Shown: positions 42,807 to 55,047 of the stretch, piece after piece
How positions within the stretch are numbered: the stretch's first letter is position 1
Layout: each line of letters opens with the position of its first letter
Source: Eledone cirrhosa
Lineage: Eukaryota
Assembly: GCA_964016885.1 (NCBI GenBank)
Contig: OZ024756.1
Location: 44,330,001-44,394,000, forward strand
Reading direction: 5' to 3'
DNA length: 64,000 nucleotides
Position numbers and translations under genes: made by a program
Notes under the pieces: model-generated
The model's input: only the letters and a program-made list of their open reading frames with translations
Told to the model about the DNA's origin: nothing
The model's database searches: none

Positions 42807-42838
<32 letters not shown>

Positions 42839-43049
42839 CACACACATATAAATGTATATATATATATGTGTATATGTGTGCGTGTGCGTGTATATATATA
42901 TGAAGTGTTATGAAATATAACAGTAAAGTTATCGTAGAGACTATCCAATTTATATTTCATGCATATGAAATTTTTATATCATTTTTGTTTTTTTATACTT
43001 GGCAAAGAATTCAGGAAAAGATCGTGGTTGAATATAATAATAGTTGATA

Positions 43050-43530
43050 GAAAACGATCAAGTGAAGGTGCTATGGGATTTCAGGATACAGGCAGACAAG
43101 AAATTAGAACATAATAGGCCTGACATGGTGGTTTTTAACAAGGAAAAAAGTGTGTGCCTGATTGTAGATGTAGCCTGCCTCTTTGATACAAGAGTGCAAG
43201 AAAAAGGAGAAGAAGAAAATTAACCGATACCAGGATTTAAAGTGGGAGTTAAAAAGGATTTGGGACTGTCCTGAGATCAAGGTCGTTTCGATTGTCATAG
43301 GACCACTAGGTACTATCTCAAAGAGTTTTCAAGGATGGTTAAGGAACATTAGTCCAGTCCCCTTTTTTGGAACACTTCAAAAGACATGCTTGCTGGGAAC
43401 AGCAAGGACCCTCCAATGCGTCCTGATTATCTGAGGCTGCAGGTAACGGCTTGATGTTCATTTGAACAAACTTTCCGGTTAAATAACATCAATGACTGAG
43501 ACTCCAAGAATAAAAATAATAATAATAATT
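43050..43530 (+). mobile_element. R4/Dong-clade LINE 3' fragment (REL endonuclease) ending in (TAA)n
   Basis: ENDQVKVLWDFRIQADKKLEHNRPDMVV..IVDVAC, then after a frameshift KINRYQDLKWELKRIW..IVIGPLG..LQKTCLLGTAR. Confidence 0.85.
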
Positions 43531-45871
43531 TGCGTGGAAAATGTGTTGCATATTGTCAATGTAAACACAAGGTATAACAGTTTGCTTTCGCAAGATTTAA
43601 GCAATGTCAATTAAATTAATACGTATTAATTTAATTCATTCCTTCATTTCTACTACTGTTACCTAAACCTTATTTGGGTTGCCTTCTATTCTAGCAATAT
43701 TTCTGTACCGTATAGGTGTGTTTGTTTTCATTCCGAATGGATAACTCCGTGGTCTCTATTGATGCACTGGTGGTAAATACTCCAGACTTATAAACTATAT
43801 ATAAACTATAATGATCACATAGAAGACAGCGGCACGGGTCATCTAGTATATTAATAATATTTATTATAACCTGTTACAGGGAAATTACAAGGACAATTTC
43901 AACCTTTAGTGGTAATAATCATAATAAATAATCTGTTAGCTTTACAGAGACTGCGATAATGGCTGTGATTTCCCTATAGGGTGAAAATGTAATATAAATA
44001 GTATTGAGTATTGGAAGAAGTTGGAAATAAGCTGTAAAATAACCCAATATTTGTTGTGGAGAAGGCTTCCGATAACTAAAGGTCTGTAGAGCAGCTGCTC
44101 GATTCCTCTTACAAATCTATAACAAAAGATCCCCAGACAGCGATAAATTTAAGTACCAAATACGTCGCCTTGGGATGAATGTAATTACGAATTGGAGATA
44201 ATTTGAGATACAAGAAACTGTAGAAATTACAGCAATATGAGAATACCTATTTTGATCCAGGCTAGATTGCATCACAATCTCTCACTTCATTCTACTACAC
44301 TTTATCTCTTAATTTTCTTCTCTAAGACCTCTCCTTGCTTTCATTTTCCTTTTCTTCTCTCCCACCTCTCTCCCTCACAATCTCTTTCACTCATTCACTC
44401 ACACAATTGATAAAACACAAGCTCTCAGACCCACACGGATATCTCGAATCTCAGAGATTAACATCTCTCTCTCTCTCTCTTGCGCACACACACACACACG
44501 CGCACACACACACACACACACACACACCTTCATCTGTATTACATGGAAAACGCATATGATGAAAGGGAAAGTTGATCTCGGCGGGTTTTGAACTCAGAGC
44601 GCGGAAAACTAAAACCGCAAAGCCTCGATTCCGATGTTCTAACGACTGTATCAATTCACTGCCTCACACGTGATAAACTAGCTAGCTCAACAGTGTGTTG
44701 GTATCGAAGGAGTTCAACTATTTGTGAGATGTATATTAATAAATATGCATATGTTTGAATAACAAAACTAAAACCAACAGCTCGTGATAGATTTAGCTGA
44801 TTTTCCATGGGACAGGTGGTTATTGTATTGTCACTGACATATATAATTAGTTATATGACAGCTGATTGGGATACAATGTACATTACATTAAAACATATCG
44901 GATATCTTAACGAATAGCTCCTAATTATTAACGTCAAAATATATTAAGAACAAAAACTCAATCAAAATATTTAGAACATGGTATATATATGTGTGTGTGT
45001 GTGTGTGTGTATACATGTTATATAGTATGTGTGTGTATATGTATGTATATATATATAAATGTTAAATATATATATTATATGTATGTTCATATATATCATA
45101 AATATATAGATGGATAGACATTAAGAGAGATCTGTGTGTGTGTGTGTGTATGTGCGTGTGCGTGTGCGTGTGTGCGTGTGTGTGTGTGTGTGTGCTGGTG
45201 TACGCCTGAGACAGATATGTTGATTATGTTAATGTGTTCGTATAATTGTTGAACATAACAAAGAACAACGAACTGTTTGGATTTAATTATAGAGTGTTCC
45301 ATATTGCCATCATCGAGTAGTATTATATAAAAGACTGCACCTACAACAATATCATAAACGATATGATTCACCATAGACTCACAAACACACACACACAGAC
45401 ACACACACGCATACAGGCTTGCACGCACACACACACTTGTCTTTCTATCTATCTTTCTGTATTTCTACGTTGTGTATTTTTTCTATTAATTCTGTACTTT
45501 GCTTAAAAAAGTAACTAAAACCCGGTTGTCCTATCTTGGTGTCCTTGCTTATCCATTATTTTAACCCATGTATTTATTTACATCTTGTCTGTCCGTCGTC
45601 CCAGGATGTCTTCTGTCTCTCGTGTGGTTCACTCTTCCGAACGGCCCCCTAAGCTGTAGGAAATTTGAGGCTCTTCTCCAGAAAAATAAATCTGGTAAAA
45701 ATGTTTAAACGATTATATGATAATTTATTAATGATTACAAAACTGAATTATATTTTTTTAACATAGTCCCTAGGAAGATACAATACAATGATTAATAAGA
45801 GTTGAAATTAATGCATGCAAGATTCCACAGCTTTAACATTAGTATTTCATAGTCAGCCTACGAATTTTTCT

Positions 45872-45904
<33 letters not shown>

Positions 45905-45911
<7 letters not shown>

Positions 45912-46244
45912 TTGGTGCTCTGAAATAGCGATATATATATATGAATGTATATACAGTGTATTTTGCAATACACTGTATGCTTAATTAAAAGCATTTTGAA
46001 GACCTTACGCTATTGTTTTAAAGTAGTGACTATGTCACTTCTTTTTTCAACAAACAAAGGGAGATAAGCTGACAGATCTCTGTTTAATACTGTTGGTATT
46101 CCTCAGAGCTTAGCACTCCCTTTGCTTGTTGAAAATTATTAATGTTGGATTCTTATAGAATTCCAGTAAAAATCAGGAACTGATTATACAGAGCGGTTGC
46201 CGGTCCAGCAAAAATTGAAAATTAGAATTGGTGCTCTGAAATAG
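45905..46244 (-). mobile_element. Terminally redundant 316-bp retrozyme-like unit with one hammerhead
   Basis: 24-bp direct repeat attagaattggtgctctgaaatag at 45905 and 46221; (TA)n flanks. Confidence 0.65.
46044..46135 (-). ncRNA. Hammerhead with very long stem I and a G12U change
   Basis: UUUUCAACAAGCAAAGGGAGUGC UAAGCU CUGAGGA AUAC CAACA GUAU UAAA CAGAGAUCUG UC AGCUUA UCUCCCUUUGUUUGUUGAAAA. Confidence 0.75.
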
Positions 46245-47337
46245 AATATATATATATACACATAACGATGTGGGGTTTCATAAAGTATATACATTTATTA
46301 GTTATTTTCTCTTGCTTTAAATTCTATTCAATCCACACTCTGTATCACCTTTGGGGTATCAATATGAGATAAGAGAGGAGCCAAATATAATATTAGGACC
46401 GACCAAATAATGTTTCATTTAGTACCCCCACCCCCCACTTTGCCTCTCTGCTTATATTTCATTACTAGAACGCTCCTAGATACTTAATACTATATAGTAA
46501 AAAATAAAACAATAATTCCACATAACATGAAGCCAGATGTTTTCAGGTAACATATTTAGTTCTTATTATTCAACTGAATTTTTTTTAACATAACTGAAAA
46601 ATTCGATTTAGAGATGAAATTATCCAACTACTAGATAGTTGGCGACAATGCTGGAGAATGCCTGAAATATTTGAGAGTTACAGTTACTCATATTAACATT
46701 TTCAGTAGGCTGCCAGGACTGGGCAAAATGTTGATTTTAGAAATATAATTCAACTTTTCTAGAGTACATTTTCACGTAATAAATTTAAACAAACGATCGC
46801 TGAACAAATGTTCTTTCCTTTTTCTCTACCATAGCCACAAGACTAGTAATTCTAGAAAAGAGAAAGTCGATTATAACAGCACTGGGACTTAACTGGTATA
46901 TTATTTTACGAGGGTCGACTGAAAGGTTTATAGGCTGACTATGAAGGATTCATGCTAGAACTATGAAATCTTGCATGCATTAATTTCAACTCTTTTTCTT
47001 AATAACAGCTTTGTTTCTTTCCAGAGAATGTGTTGAAAAATAAACCTCATTTGGTTATTACTCGGGCCAAGCTGCTTATTCCAGGGGCGGTAGAACTGGG
47101 GAGGGGGAGCATTTTAGTGTGCAGAGAGCTAAACTGATCACTACAACTAAATTGTCCAAGTTTTCCACCTCCTTCCCCAATTCAGAAATGCTTCCACCGC
47201 CCTGTATTGTTTTAATTCTAAAGAGAAATGCGTAAATGTTTACACGTTAACATATGTGTGTTTGCATACATATACCACACAGCTTCGGTGGAATCTTAAA
47301 CTGTATCTGTACGTACAGATATATATTCAAAATAACT

Positions 47338-47428
47338 GCCCCGATGGCACAATCGGTTAGTACTTCCTTGTGTGAATCACAAGTCGGAAGATATGTGGAG
47401 GTTGTAAGTTCGTGCCTCACTCGGGACA
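47338..47428 (+). pseudogene. Intron-containing tRNA-Ile(UAU)-like pseudogene
   Basis: gccccga/tcgggac acceptor stem, tggcacaatcggttag D-arm/A-box, gaggttgtaagttcgtgcctc T-arm, an intron-length insert in a decayed anticodon arm, and T5 terminator at 47432. Isotype inferred from similarity to metazoan Ile-TAT genes. Confidence 0.6.
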
Positions 47429-47519
47429 ATGTTTTTCAAGGGAGGTGCCCCACCATGGCCTCAGCCGGATGGCTGGAACAGGTAAGAGAGTAAAATTGTA
47501 ATATAATACAGCTGCTTTA

Positions 47520-47716
47520 TGCTTTTTTGCCGTGGCACCTCAACGACCACTTTGCAGTGGAATGATAGGGACCCCAGTCCCTATCATCTCATTTCTACAG
47601 CTGAGTAAACTGGAGCAATGTGAAATAAAGTGTCTTGCTCAAGGAAACAACGCATCACCCGGTCTGGGAATTAAACTCACAACTTTCGATTGCAAGGCCA
47701 ATGCTCTGACCACTGT
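47520..47716 (-). mobile_element. Second tRNA-derived SINE family
   Basis: Minus strand: cagtggtcagagc..gagtttaattccc head, then ccttgagcaagacacttt..ctccagtttactcagctgtagaaatg. Confidence 0.7.
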
Positions 47717-47719
47717 TGT

Positions 47720-48062
47720 CTGCAAATTCTAGCTGACTGATTTTACACCTGCTAGTCATGATACGACTTCCAACTTGGCTGCGCATGTCAAATTTGTTCA
47801 TGTAAATAATGAACAGGAGAGGTGACAGTATGCACCCTCGAGAAAGGATCTTGCTTAGCATGCCCGTTAAGGAGAAGCTATTGCAAAAGAAGTGAAGTTA
47901 AAATTGACAATCCATCAAGCCTCTACAGCCTCCTGGATCGACATCATTACATTGTTGATCCAGCCCTCACTACGCTTGATATGGCCGTACCAGTACATGC
48001 ATCTCGTGTGAAGCACATCCTCGAGGTTGTCAATCAGCTGTCTTTTCAGGAGCTCGGTTGAG
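47720..48062 (-). pseudogene. Decayed RTE RT fragments
   Basis: GCILSPLLFIIYM..LEFADN and RCMYWYGHIKR motifs. Confidence 0.7.
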
Positions 48063-48075
48063 CTGTGTGTGCATG

Positions 48076-48118
<43 letters not shown>

Positions 48119-48363
48119 TAGGTTATATTTAATTTGTTGGGATTCAACAAGCTTAAACATTTTCTCTCTCCCTCATATCACCTTCTTCCAACAGTTTAAT
48201 TTAAATAAACCGTCATCTTTTCAACCTTTCGGACACTCATTTGCATACTCAATCATAATTTTCTATCACCCTCAATAAATGTAATATCTCCACTATCCAG
48301 GAAACTCCAACCGTTAAGGTTGTCTTTTTTGTCAATATTTATATATAAAACAAATCTGTATTG

Positions 48364-48429
48364 TATTTTATCTGATAAAAGCGCACCATAATTTGCCTTG
48401 GTGGCCCTTAAAATATGTATAATAAAATA
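48364..48429 (+). ncRNA. Decayed hammerhead related to 21903-21968
   Basis: UAUUUUAU CUGAUAA ..CACCA..UGGUG.. AAAA UAUGUA UA AUAAAAUA; downstream sequence matches 21969-22005. Confidence 0.65.
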
Positions 48430-48467
48430 AATATGGTTTTATAAATATAGTTTCCATTTGTTAATAT

Positions 48468-48503
<36 letters not shown>

Positions 48504-48921
48504 TAGATGGATACATATACGCACAATCACAGACACAAACAATTTCACACACATATGTATATATTTATATATGTATAACATATATATATATATACATACA
48601 TTGTGCGCATGCCTATTTTTTAAAAGAGCAGCTGTGTATGTTCTCGTGGTTCTTCTTTTAGTTGAAATGCATTAAAGAAAACAAGAATTGTTAAACTAAT
48701 AGAAAGTACTCTCTTATGAATTGCTATACAGATTAATCTTAAAAGCATCTCTTTCACCAACGAGAATAATAAGTATTTGCGTCTTTGTGTACTTACATAC
48801 TTTACTTTCCTATATAAAGCCATCCATACATACTTCCATATGTATGTTTGTGTGTATGAATATATGTATATACTAATAAGTATGTGTTTTTGCATCTCTG
48901 TGTGTGTCTAGTGATTTCTTG

Positions 48922-48958
<37 letters not shown>

Positions 48959-49168
48959 ATTATATATATATATATATGTTGATTATATATTGATTATATA
49001 TATATATATATATTGATTATATATATATATATATTTATTATATATATATATTGATTATATATATATATTGATTATATATATATATATATTGATTATATAT
49101 ATATATTGATTATATATATATATTGATTATATATTGATTATATATATATATATATTGATTATATATTG

Positions 49169-49228
<60 letters not shown>

Positions 49229-49694
49229 TTGTTTATATATTGATTATATATATATATATATATATTAATTATATATTGATTATATATATATATATATATA
49301 TACCCTCCAGGACTAAATACAGTAGATTTCTTCCAGAGAAGGCTAAAGAGAATGAGAGAGTTGAAGTGAGAGAGAGACATAGAGGAAGAATCGACACCAG
49401 TACTCCAGTACTTGACTGGTAATTTTTTTTTATCGATCTCAAGTGACTGAAAGGCAAAGTTGACCTCGGCGGGATTTGATCTCTGAAAGCAGAGGACAGG
49501 AACGAATACAGCAAAGCAGTTTCCTCTTACTATAAATGTAATAGTGTGTACTGTCAAACGTCGTGATAGATACACTCAAGAATATACACACATGCACATA
49601 TATATACATATATTTAAAAGATATCATTCATAGGATTACGATTTCATGTGGATGATTTCCTGAAATTTCTTGTTTCGGTATATATTTTGTATAT

Positions 49695-49860
49695 TTTATA
49701 AAGTCTCTGAAGATACAAGACTGAGTGGAATTAAGGGTTAATGTCAAATTCCTTGACTCAATGCCCTGTTTCTTATAGACACATTTGTATATATTAATAA
49801 TGGATCTCTACACCATTTCCTTTGTTCATATTTTGTTGAAACACGTGTAAGACAAATAAA
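49695..49860 (+). ncRNA. Type I hammerhead with canonical core and a 124-nt stem II domain
   Basis: UUUAU AAA GUCU CUGAAGA U ACAAGA...UUUUGU U GAAA CACGUG UA AGAC AA AUAAA. Confidence 0.72.
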
Positions 49861-50527
49861 AAAGTCTTAAATTTCTTTATCTTGGTTTTCTATCCTTGCC
49901 TTTCATCCTTACGGGGTCGATAACATAAAGTACCAGTAATGCACTGGGTAATTTCTGGCCTTGTGCCTAAAGTAGAAACAATTATTACTTAAATATTCTC
50001 TACATCTGTATTCATACAACACGTCCGATTTATTTACTCAGAATTTAATTTCTTAAAACCTGCGGATTACATCTTCGATAAATTAATTGATTTTTTTGTT
50101 TGGTTTAGTTTTTTTAGGTTTTGTTTTTTTTTTGTTGGATTTTCTTTTCCTTGTTGTTTGTGATAGGAACCGTTTAGCAAAATAGTTAAGGAGCAGTCAG
50201 CCGATGTCTGACAGATATGAAGATCGATGTACTGGAGTGAGCGCTGGCCATACTTTTCTAGTCTGAGGGGTCGTTACCCGTTTATCTAAGCCATTCTAAA
50301 ATTTCTTTTCACAATTATAGAGATAAACTGTGATTAAGAAGTCGGGAGATTCATTTTATGATAAAATAAGAAGAGGATCGAAAGTTCAAAGTATTATTGT
50401 AATAAACAATTATTTAGACCAAAAATATCCAATAAATTCAGTTATGCAACATCACAGAACATTGAATAATGAAGCCAGAGTATAGATGGATTGAAGATAG
50501 CCATTTTAAGCACGTTCCATTTATAAC

Positions 50528-50577
<50 letters not shown>

Positions 50578-50579
<2 letters not shown>

Positions 50580-50776
50580 AATGAGTAGGACCCCGACGGC
50601 TGAGCTCAAGCCGTTTCGACGGCTAATTCTGGACGAATTAGTCCAGAACTAGCCGTCGAAACGGCTTGAGTTCAGCCGTCGGGGTCCTACTTGTTCATAT
50701 TACCCACTCTACTACCTTAAGTATTGAGTACTTTGGTGCGTTATGGTCCATCTGGTTCCTTACCATATTTCCTTCG

Positions 50777-50779
<3 letters not shown>
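50578..50779. mobile_element. Fold-back Penelope pLTR fragment with two hammerhead 3' halves
   Basis: Palindrome 50578-50697. Each arm has CGUC GAAA CGGCU..AGCCG UC GGGGUCC but no CUGANGA. Confidence 0.7.
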
Positions 50780-50832
<53 letters not shown>

Positions 50833-50929
50833 ATAATAATAAAATTGAAGACTAAAATCCAGAGAGGGCTCGATAAGGAAAATATATATCAAATATATAT
50901 GAACCGTAGAGCAAATATTTATTAAAATA

Positions 50930-51005
50930 ACAGATTAAAGTTTAAGCAAAGAATCGCTGCTTTCACCCTTAACGGGATCTTCTGAAACTAACGAAGTCAA
51001 TCTGT
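50930..51005 (-). ncRNA. Hammerhead ribozyme, family B
   Basis: CAGAAGA core, helices intact. Confidence 0.8.
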
Positions 51006-51445
51006 AAACGCAGAAGTGGATATTTCAAAAAACGTTGCAACCGGAGGAAGACAGGAAGACGATACTTTGGTTCGTGGAAACGTTCGCTGGCTAAGAACGG
51101 GAAAAAACGAATATAATACGTGACCACAATATAATATAATAAGACAACCACACCCAATATAAGTTACACTGGGATATCCTAGCTAGGGCTAGATCGTATA
51201 ACGGAAATAAAAGACCATGTGACCTCTGCGCCGCTGAGGCCCTGGAAATACTCTACGCCACAGACCACATCTTAAGCAAAAAATCTGAGGCAATTTCGGC
51301 TTGTAAACATAAATTGCACAAAACTTTCCTGTATTACAGCCCCACGTTATACCCTAACGGATAGTACGATCTATACGTGGATATTTTACGTCTCGATGTG
51401 GGAGCTAAGTATATGTTTTGTTTATACCTTTACTTATTTGCATAG

Positions 51446-52199
51446 GTAAGTATATATTATCCGTATGTTTTGTGAAGGTACGTATACCTTCTCGTACGTA
51501 TATTTGATTGTTATGGCGTATAATTATTTTATATATTCTGGTACATATGGTTCGGCTATGTGTATACGGGAGTTTTGCGTCTGTGTGAGTATGCAGGTTC
51601 GTACGTATGTAGGGCGTGTGTATATGTGTACTTCATGTTTTGGTTGACTTACGTCTCCGAACTTTCGTGTATTTACATGTAGGTATGTGTGCGCGCTTGT
51701 TATATACGTATTTATTTATTTATATACGTTTATATAATTATTTATTTATTTGTATACACGCTTACACATACACACATATTTATATGTGCGTGGTTTTGTT
51801 TACCTATGGTAAGTTTTTGCGTATGCTTGTGTATGTACGTTTCTGTTTGCGTTTATGTATTTATTTACTTCTATTACTTCTGTATTGTATTTATTTACTT
51901 TGTTCTTAACTCCGTAGTGGAGATTCATTCGGTCTCCTAGTTAGAATTTAGTCTACGACTTCTGCTATACCATTTACGTGGTTTTGTCTTTTCGTGCTAT
52001 TGTTCTCCACGCTACCCATATGACATATTATCTTCGTTTTTTTCGTTCATCGCCAGAGAATGTCTCTATGCACCACCTAAGAGAACATTAGTCTACGACC
52101 TCTATTATACCATAAACGTGGTTCTGGCTTTGCGCGTAATTGTTTTTCACCGCTCCTATTAATGACGTATTATATTCGTTTTTCCCCGTTCTTAGCCAG
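51446..52199 (+). other. 754-bp spliceosomal intron within Penelope family B
   Basis: AG|GTAAGT donor and ttttccccgttcttagcCAG| acceptor; precisely absent from the copy at 27183/27184. Confidence 0.85.
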
Positions 52200-52280
52200 C
52201 GAACGTTTCCACGAACCAAAGTATCGTCTTCCTGTCTTCCTCCGGCTGCAACGTTTTTTGAAATATCCACTTCTGCGTTT

Positions 52281-52356
52281 ACAGATTGACTTTGTTAGTT
52301 TCAGAAGATCCCGTTAAGGGTGAAAGCAGCGATTCTTTGCTTAAACTTTAATCTGT
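52281..52356 (+). ncRNA. Hammerhead ribozyme, family B
   Basis: CAGAAGA core, helices intact. Confidence 0.8.
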
Positions 52357-52363
52357 TATTTTG

Positions 52364-52404
<41 letters not shown>

Positions 52405-54556
52405 AAAGACTTCAACACACACACACACATACATATATATTACAAATGTTATTGTGTATTAGTGTGGGGGGGGGAGTATGTGGGTATTCATTTATCACTG
52501 TTTTGTGAATGTCATATTTAAAGTCTTCTAAATAGTCATAAAGGGAATATCAATAAGTTAGTTAGTTTCAATTTATTCTCATACTTTTTCATAAAAATCA
52601 GTTAAATTGACTCTTTTGTTGGCTTAGATTATTATGTTTCTTTAAGGTTATATACACAATGATGTTGATGAAAATAATAATTATTATTTTGTTGATAACA
52701 ATCTTTGAAATATATAACATTTACTGATATAAAAATTGGTTCAGTATTAGACACATAGGGCTCACATTAAGAAAACATTAAAGACGATCCAGGATGGCAC
52801 GGAACGGGGCCATTCATTCAGCCATGCTCGCTACTCTCATCTACCTTTCAACAAACTTGTTTCAAATAAGCACTTCCATACACATCATACCTAGCTGCCA
52901 AAGCAAAGATTATGGAAGCAAATTGACCTTCTAACCAGTAAAACGCCTCCCATCAACAAGAAGTGAAAGCGCAGACGAGAACTTGGACAGTGCATTACAG
53001 TCAGGAAATATATAATACGTACACAGCCTTCATATAATGAGGGCTATGTATGTATTCCTTATCACAGCTATTGTTTCGATGATAGATTTTTCTTAGCCAA
53101 ATTCTTGGCGAGGGTGGATTTATCTTTTCAGATATACATGTTAAAAATAAGAAATTCTGCTGAGCAACAATTCTTGCATTTCCGCATTAGATGCAAATAA
53201 TATTTGACAACTCTGGTTGCCATGGCTATCACTGCCATCCTGTGAGATGATATATATGTCCTTCATTAGCTTCCTCTCTCTTCTCTTGCCATTTCTCTCC
53301 TATCTCCCACTCTCTCTTTCTCATCTTCTTCCATAACGAAAAATTATGATTTTTTTTGTCCACGAATATTCATTCTTTTTCAGGAAAATAAACATTTTCA
53401 AAATATAACATATATAAAATTGATTTTCACCCACTCGGTGAAGAAGAAATATAGGCAACGAATTGGCATATATATGTATTTATATACATGTATTTATATA
53501 TACATATATACACACACATACACGTAAACACACACACACACATTATATATATATATATGTGAAAAAATGGGGAGAAGAATACTGTTGGTTGCACATGGAT
53601 AACATGTAATAAAATAAGTCCCTCATCAGTGATTTGCCGACGATCATAGATATTTCATTGCATTAAAAATCATATACCTCACGTCGGTGCAATAATAGCT
53701 AAATTAAGTTATTAGGACAATTAAAACGCGTAAAGCGAGTGAAACAAGATAACAACAAAGAGGATAGCTAACCGTAGAAGGAAGGGAACAAGCTTCATAG
53801 TTATTCTGTTAGCATAAGCTAGGTGAATATATGAGCGCTTAGAAAAAAGACCTTTCAGGAGCGAATTCAAATGTGAGAAAGAGAGAAAATGATTTCGTCG
53901 CGAACGGGGTGAAGTGAGAAGAGGAGAAACAGTGAGTGAGTGAGTGGAAGTGTGAGGAAGAGTTAACTGACATGACAGAGGGGGCGAAAGAAAGTAGGAG
54001 AAACAGAGAGAGCGAGGGAGCAGTAAGAGAGAGAGAGAGAGAAAAAAAACAGAATCGCAGTTTAGGTAAATATATGTGAAAAAATGGGGAGAAGAATACT
54101 GCTGGTTGCACATGGATATATTTGTTTCTGTAGGAGTTTTTTGGGGGTTTTTTCGTGACATATTTTCATATCCAATAACTGTCAGTGTGTTTCATTTTCA
54201 ATTCTTAATTCATCTTGATGTTCTGTCTATGGTTCATTCGTCTCTCCCATTCTCACCTTTTCTTCCTTATATTCTTCCTGAACACTGAACATCTCCTCCA
54301 CACTTCGGTCACACACATTATAGTGTACATCCACCAAAGTTGTTATTTTTATTCCTTAATTATATCCGGATATATTTTAAAGAAAAGTGTGTAACGATAT
54401 ATGAACACACACACACACGGGTGTGTGTGTGTGCGCGTGTGCGTGTGCGTGTGTCAGTAGAACTGCCTTAGGAAATCAGTATAGCAAAATAATATATTTA
54501 ATTACCTTAGTTATAAATAAGAAAAATCGCAAGTATTACAAGTTGAATTGGAATAT

Positions 54557-54625
<69 letters not shown>

Positions 54626-54990
54626 GTATGCATGCAAAAATTAACAAAAAAAAGCAGGAAAACGATGCTAATGATTCAGCATTTTCTTTTACCTACGTCC
54701 GCAATAAATTAAATATATAAACGTATAGACACAGACAGACACCCACACACACATATATATATAGATGTGTGTATGTGTGTATGGACACAGATAGACACCC
54801 ACACACACATATATCTATATTTATGTGTATGCACAAATGTTTTCTTGAAATTCTATATATAGAAAGAAATCTGTTTTAATGGGGCTTTTAATGTAACTTA
54901 TTTTACATGTGCCTGCTTCAAGTTTAGGTGTCGAACATATCTATATAAGAAACGAAAGGAGCTGTGTGGTTACTGGAAACAAAGTTTAAA

Positions 54991-55047
<57 letters not shown>

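Larger units (their letters stand above)
50829..52370 (+). mobile_element. Penelope-like family B: inverted pLTR (50829-51121, minus), then GIY-YIG end, intron-containing 3' region and pLTR (51141-52370, plus)
   Basis: 51141-51445 matches 26879-27183. Both ends abut (TA)n with pLTR 3' ends facing outward. Confidence 0.9.
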
